NCBI GenBank assembly: GCA_944336335.1 | Contig: CALVLC010000024.1 | Span: 1-55,925 of the forward strand | DNA: 55,925 nt | Source of the DNA: an uncultured Bacilli bacterium | Lineage (GTDB): Bacteria > Bacillota_I > Bacilli_A > RFN20 > CAG-826 | Direction: 5' to 3' | Shown: piece by piece, positions 1 to 11,382 of the stretch | Numbering within the stretch: the stretch's first letter is position 1 | How the letters are laid out: the number at the start of each line of letters is the position of its first letter | Translations under genes and position numbers: made by a program | Notes under the pieces: generated by a model | What the model was told of the DNA's origin: nothing | The model's input: only the letters and a program-made list of their open reading frames with translations | Database searches by the model: none

Positions 1-42
1 GGTTTTCAAGACCATCCTCTTCAACCACTTGAGTATTTCTCC
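1..42 (-). tRNA. tRNA-Ser(TGA), 5' part only (3' end beyond window edge)
   Basis: Reverse complement reads GGAGAAATACTCAAGTGGTTGAAGAGGATGGT-CT TGA AA-ACC, a typical Ser tRNA 5' half. Confidence 0.9.
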
Positions 43-48
43 AACAAT

Positions 49-124
49 TGGTGGACTCTACAGGACTCGAACCTGTAACCGATCGGTTATGGGCCGATAG
101 CTCTAACCATTGCGCTAAGAGTCC
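49..124 (-). tRNA. tRNA with CAT anticodon, most likely tRNA-Ile2 (lysidine type)
   Basis: Cloverleaf GGACTCT/AGAGTCC, anticodon arm ATCGG-CC CAT AA-CCGAT, T arm ACAGG-TTCGAGT-CCTGT, ACCA end. Resembles Bacilli Ile2 rather than Met. Confidence 0.85.
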
Positions 125-145
125 ATATCACTTACTGTTTTAATT

Positions 146-222
146 TGGTAGCAGCGAGTGGACTCGAACCACCGACGCACCGGGTATGAGCCGATTGCTC
201 TAACCAACTGAGCTACGCTGCC
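146..222 (-). tRNA. tRNA-Met(CAT), elongator
   Basis: GGCAGCG/CGCTGCT acceptor, loop CT CAT AC, ACCA end; lacks initiator features (no C1 mismatch, no GGG/CCC anticodon stem). Confidence 0.92.
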
Positions 223-230
223 ATAAAAAA

Positions 231-304
231 TGGTGGATCCTAGGAGAATCGAACTCCTGACTTAAGCTTGCAAAGCTAACGTTATCCCATTTAACTAAGG
301 ACCC
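231..304 (-). tRNA. tRNA-Ala(TGC)
   Basis: GGGTCCT/AGGATCC acceptor with G3:U70, loop TT TGC AA, ACCA end. Confidence 0.95.
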
Positions 305-333
305 AACTTGCTCGACTTTTCGCGTGCTCATAA

Positions 334-361
334 ATAATACCATAAACAGCAATGAAAGCAA
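334..361 (-). promoter_or_regulatory. Probable sigma-A promoter of the tRNA cluster
   Basis: TTGCTT-N16-TATTAT with TG extension, about 30 nt upstream of tRNA-Ala. Confidence 0.5.
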
Positions 362-562
362 GAATTTTTTTAAAATTTTTTGCAGAAATTTTTTGTGCTG
401 TTTTCGATGAATTTCAACATATATAAAAGATATAGTTAATAACTAGTAATAAAATAGCTGTTGAATCTGCTAAAATCAATCTCATATTTTGCCACTAATT
501 ATCTACTAGTTTTAAACTTTAATAGGCTTTTTGCATGGTTTTTGCAATAAAAAAAACATACT

Positions 563-2635
563 TTAAGCTAAAGTATCAATTACAATGTCTGCGCCTTTTT
601 CATTCACATTAGTAAAGTAAATTTTAATGTCCAAACTCTCACTACTATTCAAATTTCCACTATTTAAATGAGTTGAAGAACGATATGTTCTTAAATCAAA
701 AGTATCACCAGTCTCAAAAAAGTCTTCACTTGAATATGGATAGAATCTTTTTTGATGAGTGCCACCAGAGATTTTTGAAGAAATCAGTTCAATTTGGTTA
801 AACAGTTCTGCAGTATTGTTTCTATCATAACTATAAGTATTTGAAGCAGCGATTGTTAGGTAAGTATCTTCTGGTATCCCATTTTTTAACAAGCTAGATT
901 CATAATAAACTTGATGATTGTTCTGAATCGCATAAATTAAACGAGCATCAACGTGATAAAGTTTAACTCCACTTTCAGTCGGCATACGTCCATAGGTTGT
1001 TTCATAAGCATAAGTTGAATCGAGTTCATTCAATCCATTTGGTGTATATAGTTCTAGAACTATATATTCGTCAAATACTGAACCAGAATAATTATCTGTA
1101 ATGAATATTGCTCCACCATTTTCTCTTGGGTTTAAGTGAATTTTTGCAGGGATATCTTTTGAAGCATCTACAATAATTGGATTTATCCAGCCTAAAGCAG
1201 CCTTAGTCCAAACATTGTGATCGCCAACATTGCAATCTTGCATATCATAGTAACCTAATGGAGCACGACTTTGTGTATAATCATAATAATCATTAAGCCC
1301 CATTAAATGTCCAGTTTCATGAATATATGTATGTGCATCGATTTCATCATCTGCTTTTTTATGCATAAAATCATAACTTGCCCACCCAAAAGTTCCAACA
1401 TCCGGAGACTCAAGATTAGGCCAAAAATATTGGAAAGAAGTTACAAAAGCCCAAAATGTACCTTCTTCATTATAAAAAGAATTATCAGTTAAATAATCTG
1501 GAGCGCTATAAATAAACCATACAGAATCCATCAAACCATCTTTATCATAATCATATTTTGTAAAATCATAATCTGAATTTTGAGATTTTGCGGTTGAAAA
1601 TGCTGATCTTACGACAGCGCCTACATTCGTAGTACCGTCAATTACCTGGTTAGTTGTGTAATTTACCTTTACCACATCTGCTATATCAAAATTAAGATTT
1701 AAATTACCAAAACTTGATATTTCAAAATAACTCGAGACACTTTCCCAATAGTTTGTATCCTCAATTGTCCCATTAAATGCAGCTTCTAAGTTGTTTTTAA
1801 TTAATTCTTCCCCATTTTCAACACCATAAGCATCATCAAAAGTTAAGTCACTAAATTCAACTGGAATAACTAAAACATTAGCTGGATTTTCTTTTGTTGC
1901 CGTTGAAGTCAAAACATCTTGATTCGAAGTCTCTATTAATTCTTTATATGTCATATATTGAGTTGGATTAAGTGATGGGTCAACTCCGATTTCTTTTCCA
2001 TAATTGTCATCAACTGTGATTGGAATTACTGTTTCAACACTAGAACCATCTTCTAAAGACTTAAGAACAAGATTTGTAGTGCCGTTTTTTAAGGAAGTTA
2101 TTGAATTTTTATCTTCATCGAGTAAGGCAATTGTTGGATCTTCAATATAAACATCAACTGTTTTATCTTGAGCATTTAAAGGAAATACTGTGTAGGAGAA
2201 ATCTTTAGTTTGACCAATATAAAAGAAGTTAAAACTTTCTACTGAACATTGAATTTCGCTGACTTGAACCCTTCTTCTGGATGAAACTCGCAATTCAGCA
2301 TAAATTCCAGGACGGTCTTTTACACTAACTCTTACAGTTGTAGAGCCACTATATTGTTTAGCAGTGACTAAACCAGTTTCACTAACTGAACAAACATCAC
2401 TATTATTAACCGTATAAACTACTTCTTTTTCTTCAGCATCTAAAGGTAAAATTTCATATTCAATTTGATATGTTTCACCAGCGTATAGAGTGATAGAACT
2501 ATCTTTAAGTTTTACTTGTGAAGCATGAATTACATCGTTTTGAAAATTGCCGTTTTCGATTTTGATACCACCACATGAAGTAAGCATTAACGATAATACA
2601 GAAAAAACTAATAGTTGTGTTCTTTTAAATTTCAT
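563..2635 (-). CDS. M6-family (immune inhibitor A-like) metalloprotease lipoprotein with two Ig-like (Big_2) domains
   Basis: Signal peptide with lipobox LTSC; Ig-like repeats; NVLVIPVEFSD, YDYDKDGLMD and HETGHLMGLNDYY zinc motif. Start placed at Met13 (2635) behind AAGAGG. Confidence 0.88.
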   Translation of the reverse strand: MKFKRTQLLVFSVLSLMLTSCGGIKIENGNFQNDVIHASQVKLKDSSITLYAGETYQIEYEILPLDAEEKEVVYTVNNSDVCSVSETGLVTAKQYSGSTTVRVSVKDRPGIYAELRVSSRRRVQVSEIQCSVESFNFFYIGQTKDFSYTVFPLNAQDKTVDVYIEDPTIALLDEDKNSITSLKNGTTNLVLKSLEDGSSVETVIPITVDDNYGKEIGVDPSLNPTQYMTYKELIETSNQDVLTSTATKENPANVLVIPVEFSDLTFDDAYGVENGEELIKNNLEAAFNGTIEDTNYWESVSSYFEISSFGNLNLNFDIADVVKVNYTTNQVIDGTTNVGAVVRSAFSTAKSQNSDYDFTKYDYDKDGLMDSVWFIYSAPDYLTDNSFYNEEGTFWAFVTSFQYFWPNLESPDVGTFGWASYDFMHKKADDEIDAHTYIHETGHLMGLNDYYDYTQSRAPLGYYDMQDCNVGDHNVWTKAALGWINPIIVDASKDIPAKIHLNPRENGGAIFITDNYSGSVFDEYIVLELYTPNGLNELDSTYAYETTYGRMPTESGVKLYHVDARLIYAIQNNHQVYYESSLLKNGIPEDTYLTIAASNTYSYDRNNTAELFNQIELISSKISGGTHQKRFYPYSSEDFFETGDTFDLRTYRSSTHLNSGNLNSSESLDIKIYFTNVNEKGADIVIDTLA

Positions 2636-2790
2636 AGTCAGCCTCTTAAATCCTTTATAATTATAATGCATCTCAAAAAAATTTGATAAAGATAGTATAA
2701 ATTTTACATTTCTCTAGTAGAAATTATGCATGTCACTTAAATATATACTTTTTGAATGCCTTAATCTTGAACCATTATTTCATTCGAAAA

Positions 2791-2804
2791 GTAAAGCGCT
2801 TTCA
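2791..2804. promoter_or_regulatory. cre-like (CcpA/LacI-family) operator between the protease and the atp operon
   Basis: GTAAAGCGCTTTCA, two mismatches to TGWNANCGNTNWCA. Confidence 0.45.
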
Positions 2805-3003
2805 TTCGATAATTAATCATTTAAATAACCAAAAATAAAAATCATTTATTAGAAAAAATATTTGAGTTTTGCAAAGTTTTTAGATAAAAGAGAGAAAAAG
2901 CGTGAATTTCTTAACTATTTTAAGAATAAATAAATAAATTTATTTATTTTCCTTTACAATGAAAAATTAAGGGAGTACATTATGTCTAGTAAAGAGGACG
3001 TTT

Positions 3004-3858
3004 ATGGATTTTGGAAAGATTATTGCACCTATTAGTTGGAACACATTACCACCTGAATTCTTAACAAGTATTCTGGCTCTTTTAATCGTGCTCATACTTG
3101 CATTCGTAATCAGAATCAAATTAAAAAACTATGATCCTCTTAAAAAACCACATGGATTTTTAAACGTTGTTGAAACTGTTGTTCACTTTGCAGATAACTC
3201 AGTTAAGAACTTAATGGGTCCTGCTTTTGATGGATTTGGCGGATATATTGTTTGCGTTGGGGCTTACATATTCTTAGGCTTCTTCATTGGAATGATTGGT
3301 ATTCCAAATGTTTTTCAGCCACAAGGTGAAACATTTTTAGAACCTCTTCCTAACCCATTCACTAATTTGGCTTTCCCATTGTCATTAGCTTTATTAACTT
3401 TCATTTTGACTCATTACACTTCAATTAGATTTAAAAAATGGGCATATTTTGAAAGATACATTGAACCAATTCCTGTATTCTTGCCAATTAACTTAGTCAC
3501 AATGTGGAGTAATGTTTTATCATTAACACTACGTTTATTCGGTAACGCTTTGGCTGGCTATTGCGTTATCACCTTAATATATGTCGGTTTGTCAACCGCA
3601 ATTCCACCAGCTGGATCTTATTGGGGCATGTTCTTAGATCCATTTATCGCCCCTATTGCTCATCTTTATTTCGATATATTTGATGGAGCAATTCAACTTG
3701 TTGTCTTTACAATGTTAACCATGATTAACATTGCTCAAGAATATGTTTCTCCACAAGAACTTCTTGATGCTAAAAAACAAAAGAAAGAAGTAAAAAGAAG
3801 AAAACTTGCGAAGAAAGAACAAAAACGTTTAGAAAAATTAAATAAAAAAGCAATTTAA
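3004..3858 (+). CDS. atpB: F0F1 ATP synthase subunit a
   Basis: LSLTLRLFGN and IQLVVFTMLT motifs; first gene of the atp operon; Lys-rich C-terminal tail. Confidence 0.96.
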   Translation: MDFGKIIAPISWNTLPPEFLTSILALLIVLILAFVIRIKLKNYDPLKKPHGFLNVVETVVHFADNSVKNLMGPAFDGFGGYIVCVGAYIFLGFFIGMIGIPNVFQPQGETFLEPLPNPFTNLAFPLSLALLTFILTHYTSIRFKKWAYFERYIEPIPVFLPINLVTMWSNVLSLTLRLFGNALAGYCVITLIYVGLSTAIPPAGSYWGMFLDPFIAPIAHLYFDIFDGAIQLVVFTMLTMINIAQEYVSPQELLDAKKQKKEVKRRKLAKKEQKRLEKLNKKAI

Positions 3859-3871
3859 AGGAGAGAAAAGT

Positions 3872-4087
3872 ATGAATTTTATTGGTTTAGGTATTGCTTG
3901 TATCGCAATGGGTATCGCTGCTTTAGCTGAAGGTTTAGCCGTTTCTAAAGCAATGGACAGTATTGGAAGAAATCCAACTTGTGCAAAAGATGTAAGAACA
4001 ACAATGATTGTTGGTGTTGCTCTTATTGAAACAGTTGCTATTTATATTCTTGTTGTTGCAATCTTAATGGCTTTCGTTATTGCTTAA
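3872..4087 (+). CDS. atpE: F0F1 ATP synthase subunit c
   Basis: Two hydrophobic helices, RNP loop, ALIETVAIY. Confidence 0.97.
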   Translation: MNFIGLGIACIAMGIAALAEGLAVSKAMDSIGRNPTCAKDVRTTMIVGVALIETVAIYILVVAILMAFVIA

Positions 4088-4099
4088 GGATAGAGAAAG

Positions 4100-4708
4100 A
4101 TGTCTAACAAAAAGAAAACTTTAGGCATATCACTCAGTTTAGTTTCTCTATTTTCTTTAACCAGTTGCAATACTGAAATGATTCAAGATCGTATTGAAAC
4201 AACTGTTAACAATATGCTTCCAAATCTTTGGATTACCCTTATTCAACTTGCCTTATTTGTTTTGGTGGCAGTTCTTTTTATCGTGATTGCTTATAAACCA
4301 CTTAAAAAGAAACTTAACGAAAGAGCAAATTATATCGAAAAGAACATCAAAGATAGTGAAGAAAAAGTCGTACAAGCCGATGCTAAGATTAAAGAAGCTA
4401 ATCAATTAGTTCTGGATGGTCAAAAAAAGGCTGGTGAAATTATTCAAAGAGCCGAAAAAACTGCTGAAAATAAAGCTAGTGAACTTGAAAAACAACTTGC
4501 TGAGACTATCGAAAAACAAAAGCAAAGCGCTCATAACGATATTGAAAATGAAAGAAACAAAATGCTTAAAGAAGCAAAAAGTGAAATTATCTCTACTGCA
4601 ATTTCAACCAGTAAAGAAATTTTAAAAAGAAACGTTACTATCGAAGATAACGATGAATATGTTAATAAATTTATTGAGGAATTAAACAAAGGAAATTCTC
4701 ATGAATAA
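4100..4708 (+). CDS. atpF: F0F1 ATP synthase subunit b (with lipoprotein signal)
   Basis: TM helix followed by YKPL and a long coiled coil; operon position; N-terminal LTSC lipobox. Confidence 0.93.
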   Translation: MSNKKKTLGISLSLVSLFSLTSCNTEMIQDRIETTVNNMLPNLWITLIQLALFVLVAVLFIVIAYKPLKKKLNERANYIEKNIKDSEEKVVQADAKIKEANQLVLDGQKKAGEIIQRAEKTAENKASELEKQLAETIEKQKQSAHNDIENERNKMLKEAKSEIISTAISTSKEILKRNVTIEDNDEYVNKFIEELNKGNSHE

Positions 4709-5276
4709 GGATGCACTTCTTGTAAAAATAACTGAAGGACTTTACGCCAGTGCTATTACTAAACACTCTGTAGTTTTATATCGTGAAAACTTAAGATTTT
4801 TCAGTTGGATTTTAAAGAAGAATCCTGAACTATTTACCTTTTTAAACTCCCCTTTTAATACTTTAAAAGATAAAGAACTTGCTCTTGATAACGTTTTTGA
4901 TGATGTTATTGTTAGTGAAGTTCGTCTTTTTATTAAAATGCTTCTAAAAAATAAAATGCTCTCAAATCTCCATCAAATTCGTAAAATTTATGATGAATTA
5001 ATCGATAGAGATGAAAATATCTTAGAAGCGAAAATCTATACTCCTTTTAAATTAAGCGACAAACAGCTTGCTGCAATTAAAGAAAGTTTACATAAAAAAA
5101 CCAATAAACAAATCGTTGCAAAAGAATATATTGATAAATCACTTATTGCTGGACTTAAAATCATTATTGATGGAACACTTTATGAATATTCAATTTCATC
5201 TCAATTAGACACAATCAAAAATAAATTAATCGATGAAATTGGTAAAAATGAGCAGGAGGAAGTAAGCAATGGCTAA
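4701..5276 (+). CDS. atpH: F0F1 ATP synthase subunit delta
   Basis: FLNSP and [11 protein letters not shown] motifs; lies between atpF and atpA. Confidence 0.92.
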   Translation: MNKDALLVKITEGLYASAITKHSVVLYRENLRFFSWILKKNPELFTFLNSPFNTLKDKELALDNVFDDVIVSEVRLFIKMLLKNKMLSNLHQIRKIYDELIDRDENILEAKIYTPFKLSDKQLAAIKESLHKKTNKQIVAKEYIDKSLIAGLKIIIDGTLYEYSISSQLDTIKNKLIDEIGKNEQEEVSNG

Positions 5277-6807
5277 AACTAATAATTTAAATTCACTTTC
5301 TCAAATAATTAAAGACGAAATTGAAAAATATGATCATAAAATAGACTCTTCTAACGTTGGACAAGTTGTTAGCGTTGGCGATTGTATTGCCACTGTTTTT
5401 GGTTTAGAAGATGCAATGTATGGAGAATTAATTGAATTCCCCAACCAAACTTATGGGATGGTTATGAATATCGAAGAAGATGATATTGGCGTCGCTTTAC
5501 TTGGTGAAAATGTCACTATTAAAGAAGGAGACACTTGCATTCGTACAAAAAGATTGGTTTCTGTTCCAGTTGGTGATGAAATGCTTGGAAGAGTTGTAAA
5601 TGCTCTTGGTCAACCAATTGATGGATATGGACCAATTAAAGCTGATGAATATCGTCCTGTAGAAAGCGTTGCTCCTGAAATTATGGATCGTCAATCGGTT
5701 AATGAACCACTTGAAACCGGCATTAAGGCCATCGATTCAATGATTCCAATCGGCAAAGGCCAAAGAGAATTGATTATTGGTGATCGCCAAACTGGAAAAA
5801 CCGCTATTGCAATTGACACAATTATCAACCAAAAAGGTAAGGATGTTTATTGTGTTTATTGTTCAATTGGTCAAAAAAATTCATCCTTAGCTCAAATTGT
5901 CGCTCGTTTAAAAAGATATGATGCTTTAAAATATACAACTATTGTAGGATCAAGCGCAGCTGAACCTTCACCAATGCAATATCTTGCACCATATAGTGCA
6001 ACTTCAATTGCTGAATATTGGATGCATAAAGGTAAAAACGTCTTGATAATTTACGATGATTTAAGCAAACATGCTGTAGCTTATCGTACACTTTTACTTC
6101 TTTTAAGAAGAAGCCCAGGAAGAGAAGCTTATCCTGGCGATATTTTCTATTTGCATTCCAGACTTCTTGAAAGAAGTTGCCGTTTAAGTAAGGATTTAGG
6201 AGGAGGTTCAATCACTGCTCTTCCAATTATTGAAACACAAGCCGGAGATATTAGCGCCTACATCCCAACAAACGTTATTTCCATTACTGATGGCCAACTT
6301 TTCTTAAACACTGACATGTTTAATTCTGGTCAAAGACCTGCAATTGATTCAGGTTTATCTGTTAGCCGTGTCGGAAGTTCGGCCCAAACTAAAGTTATGA
6401 AATCTGTATCTAAAGATTTAAGAATGTCTTTGGCTAACTATCATGAAATGCTTGATTTCTCACGTTTTGGATCAGATCTTGATAAATCAACAAAGCAAAT
6501 TCTTGCTCATGGCGCAATTCTTACCGAAGTTTTAAAACAAAAACAATATATGCCTTTAAGTGCTGGACAAGAAATTGTTGATATTCATGTTGCTCAAAAA
6601 GGACTCCTTGATAGCGTCGCCCCAAGTGATGTTCACAAAATTTTAAAACTATTAGATAACTCAATAAGAGCGCAAAACCCTGAGATTTATAAAGAAATTA
6701 ATGAAAATAAAACTTTTTCTGAGGAAGCAAAAACTAAGGTCGAAGAAAGACTTGCTTCTATTTTAGTTTCAGTAAAAGATAACTTAATTGAAGAGGATGT
6801 TTTATAG
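5269..6807 (+). CDS. atpA: F0F1 ATP synthase subunit alpha
   Basis: GDRQTGKT Walker [22 protein letters not shown]. Confidence 0.99.
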   Translation: MAKTNNLNSLSQIIKDEIEKYDHKIDSSNVGQVVSVGDCIATVFGLEDAMYGELIEFPNQTYGMVMNIEEDDIGVALLGENVTIKEGDTCIRTKRLVSVPVGDEMLGRVVNALGQPIDGYGPIKADEYRPVESVAPEIMDRQSVNEPLETGIKAIDSMIPIGKGQRELIIGDRQTGKTAIAIDTIINQKGKDVYCVYCSIGQKNSSLAQIVARLKRYDALKYTTIVGSSAAEPSPMQYLAPYSATSIAEYWMHKGKNVLIIYDDLSKHAVAYRTLLLLLRRSPGREAYPGDIFYLHSRLLERSCRLSKDLGGGSITALPIIETQAGDISAYIPTNVISITDGQLFLNTDMFNSGQRPAIDSGLSVSRVGSSAQTKVMKSVSKDLRMSLANYHEMLDFSRFGSDLDKSTKQILAHGAILTEVLKQKQYMPLSAGQEIVDIHVAQKGLLDSVAPSDVHKILKLLDNSIRAQNPEIYKEINENKTFSEEAKTKVEERLASILVSVKDNLIEEDVL

Positions 6808-6810
6808 TAG

Positions 6811-7680
6811 ATGGCTAAATCTTTACTTGAAGTAAAAAATAGAATCCAAACAGTTGAGTCAATTCGAAAAATTACCAACGCGATGAAGCTCATTGCTAAT
6901 TCTCGTTACAATCAACTCAAATCAATTTATGATGGTAACTTAGCTTACATGAACGAGATTAAAGAGGCAATGGAACTTTGTCTTCTTTATGTTGACTACA
7001 CAAAAGCTAAAAAGCCAACTTGTTTAACTCAAAATCCAGGCAACAAGAAATTATATATCTTTGTAACTTCGACCCTTGGACTTTGCGGAAGCTATTATAA
7101 TAATTTAAGTAAATTAGCGGCTAATATTTTAACAAAAGATGATGACGTTATTTTTATTGGCGAAAAAGGTTATCGCCACTATAAAGATAAAGTTCATCGT
7201 GCCTATAAAAGATTTATCCATTTATTAGATAATTTATCTTATTCAAAAATTAACCTTTTTAGACATCAAATCGATGAACTTTATCGTAAAGAAGGCTATT
7301 CATCAATTAACATTATTTACACTACTTACGTTAATTCAATGACCACAAAATGTGTCTGTAAGAAGATTCTCCCTCTTGATGGAGAAAGAATTATTCGAGA
7401 GAAAAAAGAAAAATTAGAGTCGCTTTTTGAAGGAAAATCATCTAAAGTAGCCGATTTAATCGTTCCTCATTATCTTGATGCTTTGCTTTATAGAGCGTTT
7501 TTAGAAAGTGCAATCAGTGAACAAACTAATCGTAAAAATTCAATGGAAAACGCGACAACTAGTGCTGATAAATTACTTTATGAATTAAAACTAGAATATA
7601 ACAAAGTTAGACAACAAAAAATTACTAACGAGATTAATGAAATCGTCTCAGGTAGTAACGATGCAATAGACTTCATTTAA
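6811..7680 (+). CDS. atpG: F0F1 ATP synthase subunit gamma
   Basis: KITNAMKLIA, GLCGSY, YNKVRQQKITNEINEI. Confidence 0.97.
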   Translation: MAKSLLEVKNRIQTVESIRKITNAMKLIANSRYNQLKSIYDGNLAYMNEIKEAMELCLLYVDYTKAKKPTCLTQNPGNKKLYIFVTSTLGLCGSYYNNLSKLAANILTKDDDVIFIGEKGYRHYKDKVHRAYKRFIHLLDNLSYSKINLFRHQIDELYRKEGYSSINIIYTTYVNSMTTKCVCKKILPLDGERIIREKKEKLESLFEGKSSKVADLIVPHYLDALLYRAFLESAISEQTNRKNSMENATTSADKLLYELKLEYNKVRQQKITNEINEIVSGSNDAIDFI

Positions 7681-9144
<1,464 letters not shown>

Positions 9145-9146
9145 AT

Positions 9147-9563
9147 ATGGATACAAATTTCCACTTAAAAATAGTTACTCCTGAAAGTGTATACGAAAAT
9201 AAGGATATTGAACGCCTTACAGTTTTAACAAGTGAAGGCGAAGTTACAATTTTGCCTAACCATGTTGAATATTTAGCTAACATAGAAATTTCTGTTTTAT
9301 CTGTTCAAAGTAATGGTAAAGAAAAACACTATGCAGTTGGAGGAGGCGCCATCCATTTTATTGAAAGCACTAACACCGCTGTTTTAGTTTTGAATAGTAT
9401 TATCGCAGTTGAAAATATTGATGTTGAAAAGAGTAGACGTCTTCAAGAAGAAGCTGAAAGAAAACTTAAAACTGAACTTTCTAGACTTGAGCATCAAGAG
9501 GAAGAAAGAGAGCTCAGAAAAGCTATCACTGAATTATTTGCAAAGAATTCGTTTAAAGAATAA
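9147..9563 (+). CDS. atpC: F0F1 ATP synthase subunit epsilon
   Basis: LKIVTPE and GEVTILPNH; last gene of the operon. Confidence 0.95.
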   Translation: MDTNFHLKIVTPESVYENKDIERLTVLTSEGEVTILPNHVEYLANIEISVLSVQSNGKEKHYAVGGGAIHFIESTNTAVLVLNSIIAVENIDVEKSRRLQEEAERKLKTELSRLEHQEEERELRKAITELFAKNSFKE

Positions 9564-9960
9564 TTTCTTTGTATTCTAACTATTTAAAAATTACAAAATC
9601 TTTAACTTTTACAATGTTTTTATCTAATTTTTTAAGTTATTTTTTTAATAAGCAAACTAAAAGTTTGTGTTTCTAAAATTACAAGCTCACTATCTGTATT
9701 TAAACTAGTTTTAATCTCTATAAATATTTTATCTAGCTTTAAAATATAAAAATATGTCAATTTAAAATAGAAGGGCATAATGATAAAACTATTTTCACTT
9801 TTAAATAGAAGTAAACGTTTATACTACATTTACTAAAAATATATTAAATTAAAATTGAATTTTGCTTAAAAACCATGCAAAACCCAACTAAAATTTATAA
9901 ATCATATTTTCCAAGGCACAAAAAAATGGTCAAATTAATGACCATTATAATTTCAAAATC

Positions 9961-10034
9961 TGGAGCAGGTGACGGGAATCGAACCCGCGTAATCAGCTTG
10001 GAAGGCTGATGCTCTACCATTAAACTACACCTGC
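9961..10034 (-). tRNA. tRNA-Gly(TCC)
   Basis: GCAGGTG/CACCTGC acceptor, loop CT TCC AA, U73, CCA; followed by a hairpin plus T-run near 9920-9946. Confidence 0.96.
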
Positions 10035-10149
10035 GCGCTTGATTATTCTATTATAGCGGTAAAGAATAATCAAGAGTTTTTTTCATCAATTTGACTTCAA
10101 ATTGGCCTAGAATACCCCTGAGAATTAACTCGCTTTCTATGTAAATTTG

Positions 10150-10629
10150 TTAATCGAGTTCTTCGACTTTCTTTAAAATATCATCTTTACTAACTCTATA
10201 ATTTAATAATAAACCACTCTCAATTCTTAAATTAGGATAAAAGCTTCTTAAATGTTTTACGCTTTTATCTATTCCACTTCCACCACTTGTAGCAAATGGT
10301 ACAATGATTTTATTGGTGAAATCATGACTTTCAATAAAAGTTTCTATAATTCTTGGTTCAACATACCACCAAATTGGATAACCAATGAACACAATATCAA
10401 AATTTTCAAGTTTTAAATCATCAGTAACAATTTCAGGACGACAATTTTCATCATCCATTTCAACGGTTGAACGACTATGTTTATCACGCCAATTCAAATC
10501 TTCATCACTATACTTTTCTTTAGGTGTTATTTCATGAATATCGGCGCCTAAAATAGAAGATAAAACTTTTGCTTTTTCTCTGGTTTCTCCACTAGCCGAA
10601 AAATAACTTACTAAAATTCTTTTTTTCAT
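10150..10629 (-). CDS. Flavodoxin (Flavodoxin_4 type)
   Basis: YFSASGET, GYPIWW, PFATSGGSG motifs. Confidence 0.93.
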   Translation of the reverse strand: MKKRILVSYFSASGETREKAKVLSSILGADIHEITPKEKYSDEDLNWRDKHSRSTVEMDDENCRPEIVTDDLKLENFDIVFIGYPIWWYVEPRIIETFIESHDFTNKIIVPFATSGGSGIDKSVKHLRSFYPNLRIESGLLLNYRVSKDDILKKVEELD

Positions 10630-10646
10630 ATATTATCCTTCTTTTT

Positions 10647-11219
10647 TTATAATTCTAAACCATCAATCCAATTTCTTATAGTGGTTTCATCAATTTCTGA
10701 ATGAGTAAACCTTCTTCCTTCTTGCTAAGTCGCTTCACTTGATAAATGTTTTAAATTTTCAACATTAAAGTTAGATGAAGATGCAGTTGCAAAAGGAATA
10801 ATTGTTTTTCCTGTAAAATCGTTACTTAAAACAAAGTCTTCTATAACCCAACTTAAATTTCCCCACCAAATTGGAGCGCCTAAAAATACATAATCAGCAC
10901 TATCAAATCCTTCAAAATCAGTATTTACCAATTCAACGAATCTATTTGGATCGTTTCTTTCAATACTAACTCTACTTGTTGACGAATTATAATCTAAATC
11001 TTCGTTTGTGTAACGATCAACTGGTTCAAGTTCATAAACTGGAGAATCTAGATAAGTTCCAATCATATTTGCTACTTCTTCTGTATTACCAGTTGCTGAA
11101 AAATAAACTACGATTGCGTTAACATCTGTATTTGGATTAACATTTTCATTATTTGTCGAACCACAACTACATAAGACGACACCACTAAGTAATGACAATG
11201 AAATCAGCCATTTATTCAT
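10647..11219 (-). pseudogene. Lipoprotein flavodoxin interrupted by an in-frame TAG at 10725-10727
   Basis: Lipobox LCSC, YFSATGNT, GAPIWW, PFAT; the frame continues past TAG as QEGRRFTHSEIDETTIRNWIDGLEL to TAA at 10647, matching the family C-terminus. Confidence 0.75.
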
Positions 11220-11237
11220 AGTCTAACCTCCAAATTA

Positions 11238-11285
11238 TTGACTTACTGTCAATTAAATTTTATTTTGTGATTTGGAGAGTGTCAA
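11238..11285 (-). promoter_or_regulatory. Sigma-A promoter and inverted-repeat operator of the flavodoxin pair
   Basis: TTGACA-N17-TAAAAT followed by TTGAC-AGTAA-GTCAA (11238-11252) and a GGAGG RBS. Confidence 0.7.
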
Positions 11286-11382
11286 TAATAGTTTACAAAC
11301 TGTCAGCTATTTCTAAAAAGAAATCATTAAACATATCAAAACGGTTATTGTAAAATAAGAAAAGTTAAGGAAAGAGAGACTT

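Noticed and set aside
6094-6114. Atp[13 protein letters not shown] versus the usual R.LSLLLRRPPG
   Set aside because: Isolated substitutions that could be divergence or consensus error; no pattern to support a claim.
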